A stretch of 64,000 nt of DNA from assembly GCA_900696645.1 (NCBI GenBank), contig CAADGV010000010.1, positions 9,771-73,770 on the forward strand. Direction: 5' to 3'. The notes under the pieces were generated by a model that was not told where the DNA came from, did no database searches, and was given only the letters and a program-made list of their open reading frames with translations. This DNA comes from an uncultured Chlorobiota bacterium. GTDB lineage: Bacteria; Bacteroidota; Ignavibacteria; UBA10030; UBA6906. Shown in pieces: positions 56,556-64,000 of this stretch. The position numbers were made by a program, and so were the translations under genes. Each line of letters begins with the position of its first letter. Position 1 is the stretch's first letter.

Positions 56556-57176
56556 ATGAATCTTGTCAAGCCGCTGGTGCTCGCATCCCAATCACCCCGC
56601 AGGATGAGCCTCTTGCGTCAAATCGGTTTTCAACCCCTTATCGTACCAAGCCATATCCCCGAAGAATTCGACTCTCGGCAAAGTCCGGCCGAAAACGCCC
56701 GTTCGCTCGCCCTTGAGAAAGCCAAAGAGGTCGCCGGCAAGTTTGAAGATGCTCTGATCATCGGAGCTGATACGGTTGTTGTTCTCGGTGAGCATCTGTT
56801 GGCGAAGCCGGAAAACGCCTCGGATGCCAAACGAATGCTTCGCCTGCTTAGCGGCAAAACTCACATTGTCATTACTGCGTTTGCTCTGCTCGATTGTCCC
56901 TCAGGTGAAAGCGTTACGGAACACGAGACTACAGGTGTAACATTCCGGGAGTTACCTGACGAGGAAATCGATATGTATGTGTCGGGCGGCTCGCCAATGG
57001 ACAAAGCCGGTGCGTACGGAATTCAAGACGATTACGGAGCAGTGTTTGTCAGCAGAATCAACGGTTGCTTCTACAATGTGGTGGGGTTTCCTCTCTCAAA
57101 ATTTTACACTACATTACAGAAGTTTCAAGATCATCTCATGGAATCAAGAGGCTATACGTATGTCAAAAAAGATTAG
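56556..57176 (+). CDS. maf: Maf-family nucleoside triphosphate pyrophosphatase
   Basis: LVLASQSPRRMSLLRQIGF, GADTVV, and KAGAYGIQD motifs. Confidence 0.88.
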   Translation: MNLVKPLVLASQSPRRMSLLRQIGFQPLIVPSHIPEEFDSRQSPAENARSLALEKAKEVAGKFEDALIIGADTVVVLGEHLLAKPENASDAKRMLRLLSGKTHIVITAFALLDCPSGESVTEHETTGVTFRELPDEEIDMYVSGGSPMDKAGAYGIQDDYGAVFVSRINGCFYNVVGFPLSKFYTTLQKFQDHLMESRGYTYVKKD

Positions 57177-57564
57177 GGTTCTTGTCGCCAAAGTCGGATT
57201 GGATGGACACGACCGGGGGGCAAAGGTAGTTGCGGCAGCGTTGCGCGACGCAGGAATGGAAGTGATTTACACAGGGCTTCGCAAAACACCTGACCTGATT
57301 GTCGAAGCTGCTATTCAAGAAGATGTTGACGCAATCGGGATCAGCATTTTGAGCGGAGCACACATGACCGTGTTTCCGAAAATCATCGGACTGCTGAAAG
57401 AGAAGGGCCTTCAGGATGTTCTGCTTTTTGGGGGCGGCATCATTCCGCATCAGGATATTGACGAACTGAAGAAACTCGGCGTCGGGCAGTTGTTCACTCC
57501 GGGTGCATCAACGCAAGAAATTGTCGGCTACGTGAAAAGTTGGGTTGAACAGCACCGAAACTGA
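57160..57564 (+). CDS. Cobalamin (B12)-binding domain protein, methylmalonyl-CoA mutase small-subunit type
   Basis: IRVLVAKVGLDGHDRGAKVVA contains the DxHxxG B12-binding motif. About 134 aa. Overlaps the maf 3' end by 17 nt. Confidence 0.85.
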   Translation: MSKKIRVLVAKVGLDGHDRGAKVVAAALRDAGMEVIYTGLRKTPDLIVEAAIQEDVDAIGISILSGAHMTVFPKIIGLLKEKGLQDVLLFGGGIIPHQDIDELKKLGVGQLFTPGASTQEIVGYVKSWVEQHRN

Positions 57565-57605
57565 TCTCCCCCAATCAACAAAACAAGAAATCCAAGCGTT
57601 TCTCG

Positions 57606-59963
57606 TCACAGCCATTCGTCGAGCCAAATACCGAGCTCTTCCGATTTGGGAGTCTCTTGCCTGCCAACTGTCAGCCGGCGAACGACCGGCGCAATTCCTT
57701 CGGATGAGAAGGGGAACAAATCCTCGGGGGAGAATATTGCCCGAAAATCCTTTGGATCGAACACTTCCTTGAATTTTTCGGAGAACTCGTCCAGTCTTCG
57801 CAGATAATACGCTGTATTCTCATCCGGAAAGTTGGGGTTATATTCTGCCACAGGCTTGCAGTTTTCAAACGTTCGGATATTTGGGTCACTGCCGGTTATG
57901 TAGTATGAAATAGAATCACCCGGCTTGAAATGGCGTTGCGCCGTGATGGCCAGTTCGTATGCCGCGCTTTTGTTTCGTTTTCCCATCTCAACATCACGTC
58001 GGTAATCCACAAGCGTGTCTTTCAACGATTCGGTTCGTGCAATCTCGCGGACGCTGAGCTTGTGCTCGATGACGTCGGCGCGGGTGGTAACATACAATTG
58101 ATGCAGGCCGTCAATGTCGTTTTTCAGGAGGAGTTCAATGCAGCGCCTGATGTACGTCCTGCCGAACCGTTCGATACTTCGTGAGATAAGGGAAGAACCC
58201 TTGATTGTCACATTCCCCTCAAAATCAAGCAGCGCGTAATTCTTCATCTTGTAGCTGAACATCTTGCGATATCGCCCGTCTTGCGCTATTGTGATCCCGT
58301 CCGGCAAAATAGTGGAGAGCTTCTTGATGAATTCCGCCTCGTCTGCTTCTGTTGTAAGGGAGGGGGGAGGGACAAAAAAGATTCCGTCGGTGTCAACTTC
58401 AATAACGGTACCCAACTGGGATTGTATAAAATCAATCATCTGTCGGAGAAGGGACTGGCCCGTTGTGGTGACGACGTCGGCCTGTGAAAAATCATTGAAC
58501 AGACCGCGTGTATAGCCGAGATAGCCGTAAAAGGAGTTGATGAGAATCTTCAGGGACGATTGCATCGCGTCAAGCTTTGCTTTCTGAGAAGCGTCGGCAG
58601 TGGCTTTCATCCGTTTCTTGGTCTCGAGTCGTGATGTGGTGAGCGTTCGTAGTAATTCCTTGAATACACCAAGTACATCGGATGCAGGCGCAATGTCCTT
58701 CTGAATCATGATGGAAGGATACAGCGATTCAACGTCGACATGAATAACGGGGCCGACAATGCCGGTTGCGAAGATATCCGTGTAGCCGCCCGTTGTTTGC
58801 GCTCCGACTCCGGGCTGTGGAATGGAGTGCTTCACGCGGAGGTATTCACGTACGATCAGGCTTTCGATCTTGGCTGCTGAGCCCATGCGTGCGACTTGAC
58901 CGTAGCCGAACGGAAGCATCTGTGTGAGATAGAATGTTGTCCCCGAAAGTTGCTCGCTCAGCAACCGTGTTTCGTGAACGTCGTCAAGGGCGTACTTCAT
59001 AAGTGTTTTTGGCTCGTGGTCCCAATACCACGAGATCTTGTCACCCGGAATGTACGTTCTCCCCTCCGAAGCGAGACCGAAGTATCTGGCAGCGTACTTC
59101 AGCCCGTAGCTTTCCATGTTTCGCTTCATCATATCATAACTCTGAACCAGCAGCATTGTGTCAATGATATGGCGGCCTGCAATTTCCGTCGCGGTATATT
59201 CGTAGGAACGATCGGCATAGGAGGCTCGCGTATCAAACGAACGGGGGAGGCTTCCGTCACGGCTGATCTTGAACAGAACCTTGTGCAACTCGCAACGCTT
59301 GATGATGTACGGGAGATCGAAGTTGTAGATGTTATGTCCTTCGATCACGTCGGGATCTCTTTCCCTGATGATGCGAACCAGTTCATCCAGCATCTCACGC
59401 TCATCCAGTTTCTTTCCGCCTATGAGATGGTGCCATCCCGAGTTGTCCGAAAGAGCAATAAGAATTATCCGGTCGGCCGGCCGGTTTGCGTTGCTGAAGC
59501 GGTAGGGTCCGCCGGTATACGTTTCAATATCCAATTGCATCCGATGGATGTCCTGAAACAGCATCCCCTTGAACAGCGTTCGGCCTGTTTGCATCAAATA
59601 TTGGGTTACAGGGTCGGAGTAGAGAAAGATGCTGTCAAGCTGGGTATAGGACTCGATCTTCTGCTGTGTCAGCGCATTGAATGTTTCAAGCACGTAACGA
59701 ACAGCGTCCCACATCGCGCCCCACTCTTCAAACGCACAAAGAAATTGATAGGATGAAGTACCATCCAGCTGCTTCAACCAGTGTCTCCTACCGAAACCGT
59801 TGAGGAGATTCTTATCGGCGAGGAAAAAGAAAGGGAAGAACTCGTCATCCTCATGTCGAACGGTGCCGTTCTCCCGGAAATAGATGCGCATCGTTCCGTT
59901 ATCCTTATGATGAACAGCAACGATGCGCTCGTCAGCGTTGTGGCCGTAAAGGAGGCGATCCAT
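57606..59963 (-). CDS. polB: Family B DNA polymerase (Pol II-like) with an intact 3'-5' exonuclease domain
   Basis: Exo I DIETY, Exo II HNIYNFDLPYI, Exo III YALDDVHETRLL, Pol A DVESLYPSIMI, Pol B KILINSFYGYLG, Pol C EVDTDGIFF. Confidence 0.88.
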   Translation of the reverse strand: MDRLLYGHNADERIVAVHHKDNGTMRIYFRENGTVRHEDDEFFPFFFLADKNLLNGFGRRHWLKQLDGTSSYQFLCAFEEWGAMWDAVRYVLETFNALTQQKIESYTQLDSIFLYSDPVTQYLMQTGRTLFKGMLFQDIHRMQLDIETYTGGPYRFSNANRPADRIILIALSDNSGWHHLIGGKKLDEREMLDELVRIIRERDPDVIEGHNIYNFDLPYIIKRCELHKVLFKISRDGSLPRSFDTRASYADRSYEYTATEIAGRHIIDTMLLVQSYDMMKRNMESYGLKYAARYFGLASEGRTYIPGDKISWYWDHEPKTLMKYALDDVHETRLLSEQLSGTTFYLTQMLPFGYGQVARMGSAAKIESLIVREYLRVKHSIPQPGVGAQTTGGYTDIFATGIVGPVIHVDVESLYPSIMIQKDIAPASDVLGVFKELLRTLTTSRLETKKRMKATADASQKAKLDAMQSSLKILINSFYGYLGYTRGLFNDFSQADVVTTTGQSLLRQMIDFIQSQLGTVIEVDTDGIFFVPPPSLTTEADEAEFIKKLSTILPDGITIAQDGRYRKMFSYKMKNYALLDFEGNVTIKGSSLISRSIERFGRTYIRRCIELLLKNDIDGLHQLYVTTRADVIEHKLSVREIARTESLKDTLVDYRRDVEMGKRNKSAAYELAITAQRHFKPGDSISYYITGSDPNIRTFENCKPVAEYNPNFPDENTAYYLRRLDEFSEKFKEVFDPKDFRAIFSPEDLFPFSSEGIAPVVRRLTVGRQETPKSEELGIWLDEWL

Positions 59964-59970
59964 TCAAGAA

Positions 59971-60744
59971 TTACTTCTTCCCGTTCTTCTTGTTGTATGA
60001 TTCGAGGAACGGAGCAATCAAGTCAATCGGAAGCGGGAAAATCGTGGTTGAGTTCTTTTCTGACGCCACTTCTGTCAGCGTTTGAAGATAGCGGAGTTGC
60101 AGCGCCGTCGGATGTCCTTCAATGACGCCGGCTGCATCTGCAAGCCGTTGCGACGCCTGGAATTCGCCTTCGGCATGAATGACCTTTGCGCGGCGTTCGC
60201 GTTCGGCTTCCGCCTGCTTGGCCATTGCGCGTTGCATTTCCGTAGGCAGATCAATGTGTTTGACTTCAACATTGGAAACCTTGATGCCCCACGGCTCGGT
60301 TTGGTGGTCGATGATCTTCTGAAGTTCCTGATTGATTTTATCACGTTCGGCAAGAAGCTCATCCAGCTCGGATTGCCCCAGAATGCTCCGCAGAGTTGTT
60401 TGCGAAAGTTGCGATGTTGCAATAAGGTAATTCTCTACTTCAACAATTGCTTTGTCGGGCTGGACAACCCTGAAGTAGAGAACGGCGTTCACTTTAATCG
60501 AGACGTTATCGCGTGTGATAACATCTTGCGGTGGCACGTCCATCACGACTGTCCGCAAGCTGACTTTTACCATTTTATCAACGAGCGGAATCAAGAAGAT
60601 GATGCCCGGCCCTTTGACAGCGATCAGGCGGCCGAGCCGGAAGATGACGCCGCGCTCATACTCACGCAGAATGCGAATCGCATTCGCGAGAAGTATGGCA
60701 ACGAACATGATGAGCATAAACATAAACATACTGATGACTTCCAT
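59971..60744 (-). CDS. SPFH/band-7 (stomatin-like) protein
   Basis: N-terminal TM helix, then [31 protein letters not shown].. and a coiled [12 protein letters not shown] region. Confidence 0.9.
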   Translation of the reverse strand: MEVISMFMFMLIMFVAILLANAIRILREYERGVIFRLGRLIAVKGPGIIFLIPLVDKMVKVSLRTVVMDVPPQDVITRDNVSIKVNAVLYFRVVQPDKAIVEVENYLIATSQLSQTTLRSILGQSELDELLAERDKINQELQKIIDHQTEPWGIKVSNVEVKHIDLPTEMQRAMAKQAEAERERRAKVIHAEGEFQASQRLADAAGVIEGHPTALQLRYLQTLTEVASEKNSTTIFPLPIDLIAPFLESYNKKNGKK

Positions 60745-60756
60745 GGTACACCTCGT

Positions 60757-62058
60757 TCAAGAGTGAGTGGGAAACGTGGGTTTTACGCGTAGATGCAGAT
60801 TCTCAACTGCTACAACTGTAACACTTGTCCCCCGTGCAATTTTTCCTCCCGTGCTCGTTGCACTCCAAATCTCCCCGTGAACACGTACCTGGCCCTCCGG
60901 ATTCAGCGTGGTGATGGCTTCGCCCTCCTCACCGACAATTCCCTCGATGCCTGTTGTCGGTTTCCTTCGTTGCGCCCTGATTCCCATCCCGATGGCAAAG
61001 GCGAAGAAGGCCGCGGTGAACAAAACGGCTGGTATAATGACACTCCATGAAATCTTGATAAACTCTAGTGACGACCCCGGTTCAATCAACATAATTGAGC
61101 CTAATGTCAGTGAAATAACGCCGGCGACCGTAAGAAGTCCATAGCTGGTGACCTTGATTTCTGCTATAAACAAGATGATGGCGAAGAGAATTAACGCGAG
61201 GCCCGCATAATTGAGAGGCATCGTGTGAAGCGAATACAAGGCGATGATCATTGCGATGACGCCAACTACTCCCGGAAGAATCGAGCCGGGGTTATACAGT
61301 TCAAACATTAATCCGTAGATTCCGAGAAGAAAGAAGATGTACGCTACGTTTGGATCGCTCAAAAGATCGAGGAGTTTGTATCTCCAGCCCATTTCGATGT
61401 GTGTAATCTCAGCGTCTTTGGTCATCAAGATGCGCTTGCTTTCCTTCACTTCAACAGTCTTGCCGTCAATTGAGTCGAGCAAGGCGTCGACAGTTGGCGC
61501 AACAACATCGATGACACGATTCGACAAAGCTTCCGATTCGGTGATGGAGATACTTTTGCGAACTGCATCTTCAGCCCATTCAACATTTCGGTTTCGCTTT
61601 TCGCTAATCGTGCGTATGAAAGCGGCTGCATCATTGGTGGCTTTTTCATTCATGATGGAGTCTTTTTCCCCGCCCTGAAGCCCGACTGGATGAGCCGCAC
61701 CAATGTTGGTTCCGGGTGCCATTGCTGCAATGTGGGCTGCCAGCGTAATGAACGTGCCCGCCGAAGCGGATTGAGCCCCCGGTGGCCAAACGAAAACAAT
61801 AACGGGAAGCGGCGCATCAAGTATGTCGCTCACGATGACACGGGTTGACTTGAGCAGGCCTCCGGGTGTGTTCAGACGAAGGACAAGGCAGGATGCGTTT
61901 GCTTCGTGAGCTTGGCGGATTCCTTGACGAATGAAGTCTGCTGTTGCGGGATTGATTGATGCATCAATAGTAATGACATGAACCAAAGGCCCTGCAAGCA
62001 GAGTAGACGAGGAGAACAGGAGGAGCAAGAACATTCGTGACACAGAGAGCGTTGGCAT
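60757..62058 (-). CDS. NfeD-family membrane-bound ClpP-class serine protease
   Basis: Signal peptide, ClpP-like domain (LNTPGG..GAQSASAGTFI), four or five TM helices, and a C-terminal OB (NfeD) domain. AAGGAG RBS before ATG 62058. The ORF-track start at 62136 is unlikely. Confidence 0.85.
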   Translation of the reverse strand: MPTLSVSRMFLLLLFSSSTLLAGPLVHVITIDASINPATADFIRQGIRQAHEANASCLVLRLNTPGGLLKSTRVIVSDILDAPLPVIVFVWPPGAQSASAGTFITLAAHIAAMAPGTNIGAAHPVGLQGGEKDSIMNEKATNDAAAFIRTISEKRNRNVEWAEDAVRKSISITESEALSNRVIDVVAPTVDALLDSIDGKTVEVKESKRILMTKDAEITHIEMGWRYKLLDLLSDPNVAYIFFLLGIYGLMFELYNPGSILPGVVGVIAMIIALYSLHTMPLNYAGLALILFAIILFIAEIKVTSYGLLTVAGVISLTLGSIMLIEPGSSLEFIKISWSVIIPAVLFTAAFFAFAIGMGIRAQRRKPTTGIEGIVGEEGEAITTLNPEGQVRVHGEIWSATSTGGKIARGTSVTVVAVENLHLRVKPTFPTHS

Positions 62059-62145
62059 GGATCGCTCCTTAGTGATCAGCATTTGCTGACCGTTGTGGGT
62101 ATATGCTTTCCGAACACTGAAACACTCTCGAAACACATTTTACTC

Positions 62146-62233
<88 letters not shown>

Positions 62234-62238
62234 AGATG

Positions 62239-62493
62239 CTATTTCAGTTCTAACAGTCGAAGTTGATCATCCAACCATTTGCGGCCAACGCCCGATTTCA
62301 AGAACATCTCCCTCCGTCTTGCAGAGGAAGAATCAGAGAACTCTTCAGTGAGAATTGACTTCCAGGGGATGCCCGACTTCGTATAAGGGGAATTTCCTCT
62401 GTTGTGTTCGCGCAGTCTCTTCTGAAGATCTTTCGTGGAGCCGACATACCTTTTCCGGAGTTTTTCGCTCCACAATACATACACGTAATACAT
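62239..62493 (-). CDS. Small GIY-YIG nuclease-family protein (YhbQ/UPF0213-like, 84 aa)
   Basis: MYYVYVLWSEKLRKRYVGSTKDLQKRLREHN..SSARRREMFLK matches the GIY..YIG..R..E pattern. The stop is 5 nt before the mature 5' end of tRNA-Ser. The ORF-track extension to 62553 runs through tRNA-like sequence. Confidence 0.8.
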   Translation of the reverse strand: MYYVYVLWSEKLRKRYVGSTKDLQKRLREHNRGNSPYTKSGIPWKSILTEEFSDSSSARRREMFLKSGVGRKWLDDQLRLLELK

Positions 62494-62503
62494 AGTCAGT
62501 TCA

Positions 62504-62615
62504 AGGGTGGGATTCTCCGCCGGAGGCGGATGCGCCTTTGGCGCAGAACCCACGGTACCCTTGCGAGTACACTACCTTTCCAGGGTAGCCAATTAAACCA
62601 CTCTTGCACCTCTCC
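62504..62615 (-). pseudogene. Degenerate tRNA-Ser(GGA) copy: nt 1-70 identical, 30-nt insertion in the T-loop, nt 71-82 retained, last 5 nt diverged
   Basis: Base-by-base comparison with 62147-62233. The 3' acceptor strand reads CCTTGAA instead of CCTCTCC, so the acceptor stem cannot form. Confidence 0.7.
62546..62615. repeat. 70-bp perfect direct repeat, copy B (inside the degenerate tRNA-Ser)
   Basis: Identical to 62164-62233. Five of the next six flanking bases (GATGC) also match. Confidence 0.9.
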
Positions 62616-62672
62616 GGATGCATTCTACAGCATTTCTGCAAAAAGATACGAAGAATGCGTGAGTGATGCAAT

Positions 62673-62700
62673 TTGAAATCCCGACAAATCAAGGTATATT
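62673..62700 (+). promoter_or_regulatory. Promoter candidate for the downstream flippase gene
   Basis: TTGAAA (62673-62678), 16-nt spacer, TATATT (62695-62700). Confidence 0.4.
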
Positions 62701-62733
62701 GGCATCGACCGATAGTGCACATTCCTCCACACC

Positions 62734-64000
62734 ATGTCAAAGGCTAAGCAAACCTTCCACAGCGCGCTCTGGAATCACGGCGGGAGAATTCTCGAATACC
62801 TGCTGATGTATGTGACATCCATTGTCATTGCCCGCGGCTTAGGCGTCGAGGAGAATGGAAGATTTGTCGGGTTGTTCAGCCTCTCGCATTTGATCCTCGT
62901 CTTCTGTTCGTTCGGACTGGAAACATCGCTCAACAAGTTCATTCCGCAACTCGCCGATGAGCACGGCAACAAGCAGGCAGCATATATCTTGCGAATGACT
63001 CTTCTCATTCGTGGAACTGCGTTTTTTGCAGCAGTTGCGTTGTTCTCGATTGTAATTCACATCTTTACTGTCCCTTTTCTTGAGCGCAACAGTGACGTAT
63101 TACTGATTGTGCTGCTATTTACCGGGGCACGTTCGCTGTTTCCCCTTTTTGCAATGGTTCTTACGGCCCAGCTTCGCACCGCCCTTACTGCCCGCATCAA
63201 CCTGGTCATCAGGACCATTGAACTTGCCGGTATACTCATGCTCACACAGATCCAGTTCACGGTGTTTGCATTGTTCGTTCTCTTTTTCTGTACAAGCATC
63301 TTACATGGTGTTGCATACGCAATATTCTCACGAATGAACATTCTCCGTGATGTTGTATCTGTCGACATGAAGCCGATTGTCACATTCGGGGGAATTTATT
63401 GGGTGAATACGATCGTCGATTTTGTCCTCGGCCGTCAAGGAGATGTACTGTTTCTGACTAATCTGTTGCCTGATTCATCGCAGGGAGGCCTGTACGACGT
63501 TGCGTATTCGATTGCTCAGATAGCTTCAATAGCGATGACGGTGGGCTTGTCTGGAGTCACGTTCGCCACCTTTGCACGGCTTGCAGTCGAGGATCAGGCG
63601 GCAATGAACAGGTTCTATGCATTCTCCATAAGAATCATCTCACTCCTGACAATTCCGCTGTACACATTCATCATTTTCAATGCGGAAGCCATAGTGGCAA
63701 TACTGTATTCACCGCAATATGCGTCGTCAGCGCTGCTTGTGCAAGGAATACTTGTCTTTCGAATAGCATCACGGCTGTTCGGTGGACCGGAGAATGGAGA
63801 GTACCTACTTTCCCGCGGAAGAGTCGGAACGTTAGTGAGTATTGGCGTTGCCGCTGCTCTGGTGAACTTCGGACTGAATCTCCTCCTGATACCAAAATTC
63901 GGCGCGACCGGTTCGGTTATTGCAAGCGGATGTGGAAATCTCCTTGTGAATATGCTGGGAGCGAAAATGGTGTTCCGGATCTCTGAAAGCAGTATTCAGT
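62734..64000 (+). CDS. Wzx/MOP-family polysaccharide flippase, 3' end outside the window (partial)
   Basis: Manually translated open frame from ATG 62734 to the window end (MSKAKQTFHSALWNHGGRILEYLLMYV..), with many hydrophobic helices. It is absent from the ORF track because no stop is reached. Confidence 0.7.
   Translation, partial: MSKAKQTFHSALWNHGGRILEYLLMYVTSIVIARGLGVEENGRFVGLFSLSHLILVFCSFGLETSLNKFIPQLADEHGNKQAAYILRMTLLIRGTAFFAAVALFSIVIHIFTVPFLERNSDVLLIVLLFTGARSLFPLFAMVLTAQLRTALTARINLVIRTIELAGILMLTQIQFTVFALFVLFFCTSILHGVAYAIFSRMNILRDVVSVDMKPIVTFGGIYWVNTIVDFVLGRQGDVLFLTNLLPDSSQGGLYDVAYSIAQIASIAMTVGLSGVTFATFARLAVEDQAAMNRFYAFSIRIISLLTIPLYTFIIFNAEAIVAILYSPQYASSALLVQGILVFRIASRLFGGPENGEYLLSRGRVGTLVSIGVAAALVNFGLNLLLIPKFGATGSVIASGCGNLLVNMLGAKMVFRISESSIQ

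Noticed and set aside
58896-59756. 286-aa plus-strand ORF inside polB
   Set aside because: It is antisense to a polymerase frame that carries all exonuclease and polymerase motifs.
57606-59963. polB as part of a pipolin, casposon or defence system
   Set aside because: There are no neighbouring integrase, Cas1, primase or terminal inverted repeats. The domain layout is that of a Pol II-type enzyme. It is kept only as an operon-context curiosity.

Overview
Mid-GC bacterial chromosome segment. It is probably from the FCB superphylum (Ignavibacteriota/Bacteroidota-like); this is inferred from two Por/T9SS C-terminal sorting domains and one TAnnTTTG-type promoter. Most of the window is housekeeping: nuoG-H-I, nadD, proS, dnaE, trxA, aspS, prfB (with its +1 frameshift), a LolCDE-like ABC transporter, maf, a family-B DNA polymerase, an NfeD/SPFH pair and four tRNAs.

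Accessory content:
- An AT-richer surface-polysaccharide locus (7.4-15.1 kb).
- A roughly 3190-aa T9SS repeat adhesin (21.5-31.1 kb).
- A MarR-controlled detoxification operon.
- An archaeal-type thiolase/HMG-CoA synthase/DUF35 trio fused in one gene string to a split AtuA homologue (DUF1446 + DUF4387).

I found no rRNA, CRISPR array, transposase, integrase or recognisable canonical defence system.

Most unusual structures:
1. A small YhbQ-like GIY-YIG nuclease gene lies between a degenerate and an intact copy of tRNA-Ser(GGA). The two copies share a perfect 70-bp direct repeat, and the degenerate copy carries a 30-nt twin-hairpin insertion in its T-loop.
2. The thiolase/HMGCS/DUF35 + split-AtuA cluster has an unannotated 51-aa basic ORF inside it.
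3. A promoter-to-terminator unit of about 80 nt with C-rich loops (candidate sRNA or attenuator) sits upstream of a DUF3098-tRNA-tRNA transcription unit.
4. A G8 tract lies inside the adhesin ORF, upstream of its secretion signal.
5. polB is tightly packed behind nfeD-SPFH.

All family assignments come from motif recognition by eye and no database searches were run. Several ORF-track starts were moved to downstream start codons.
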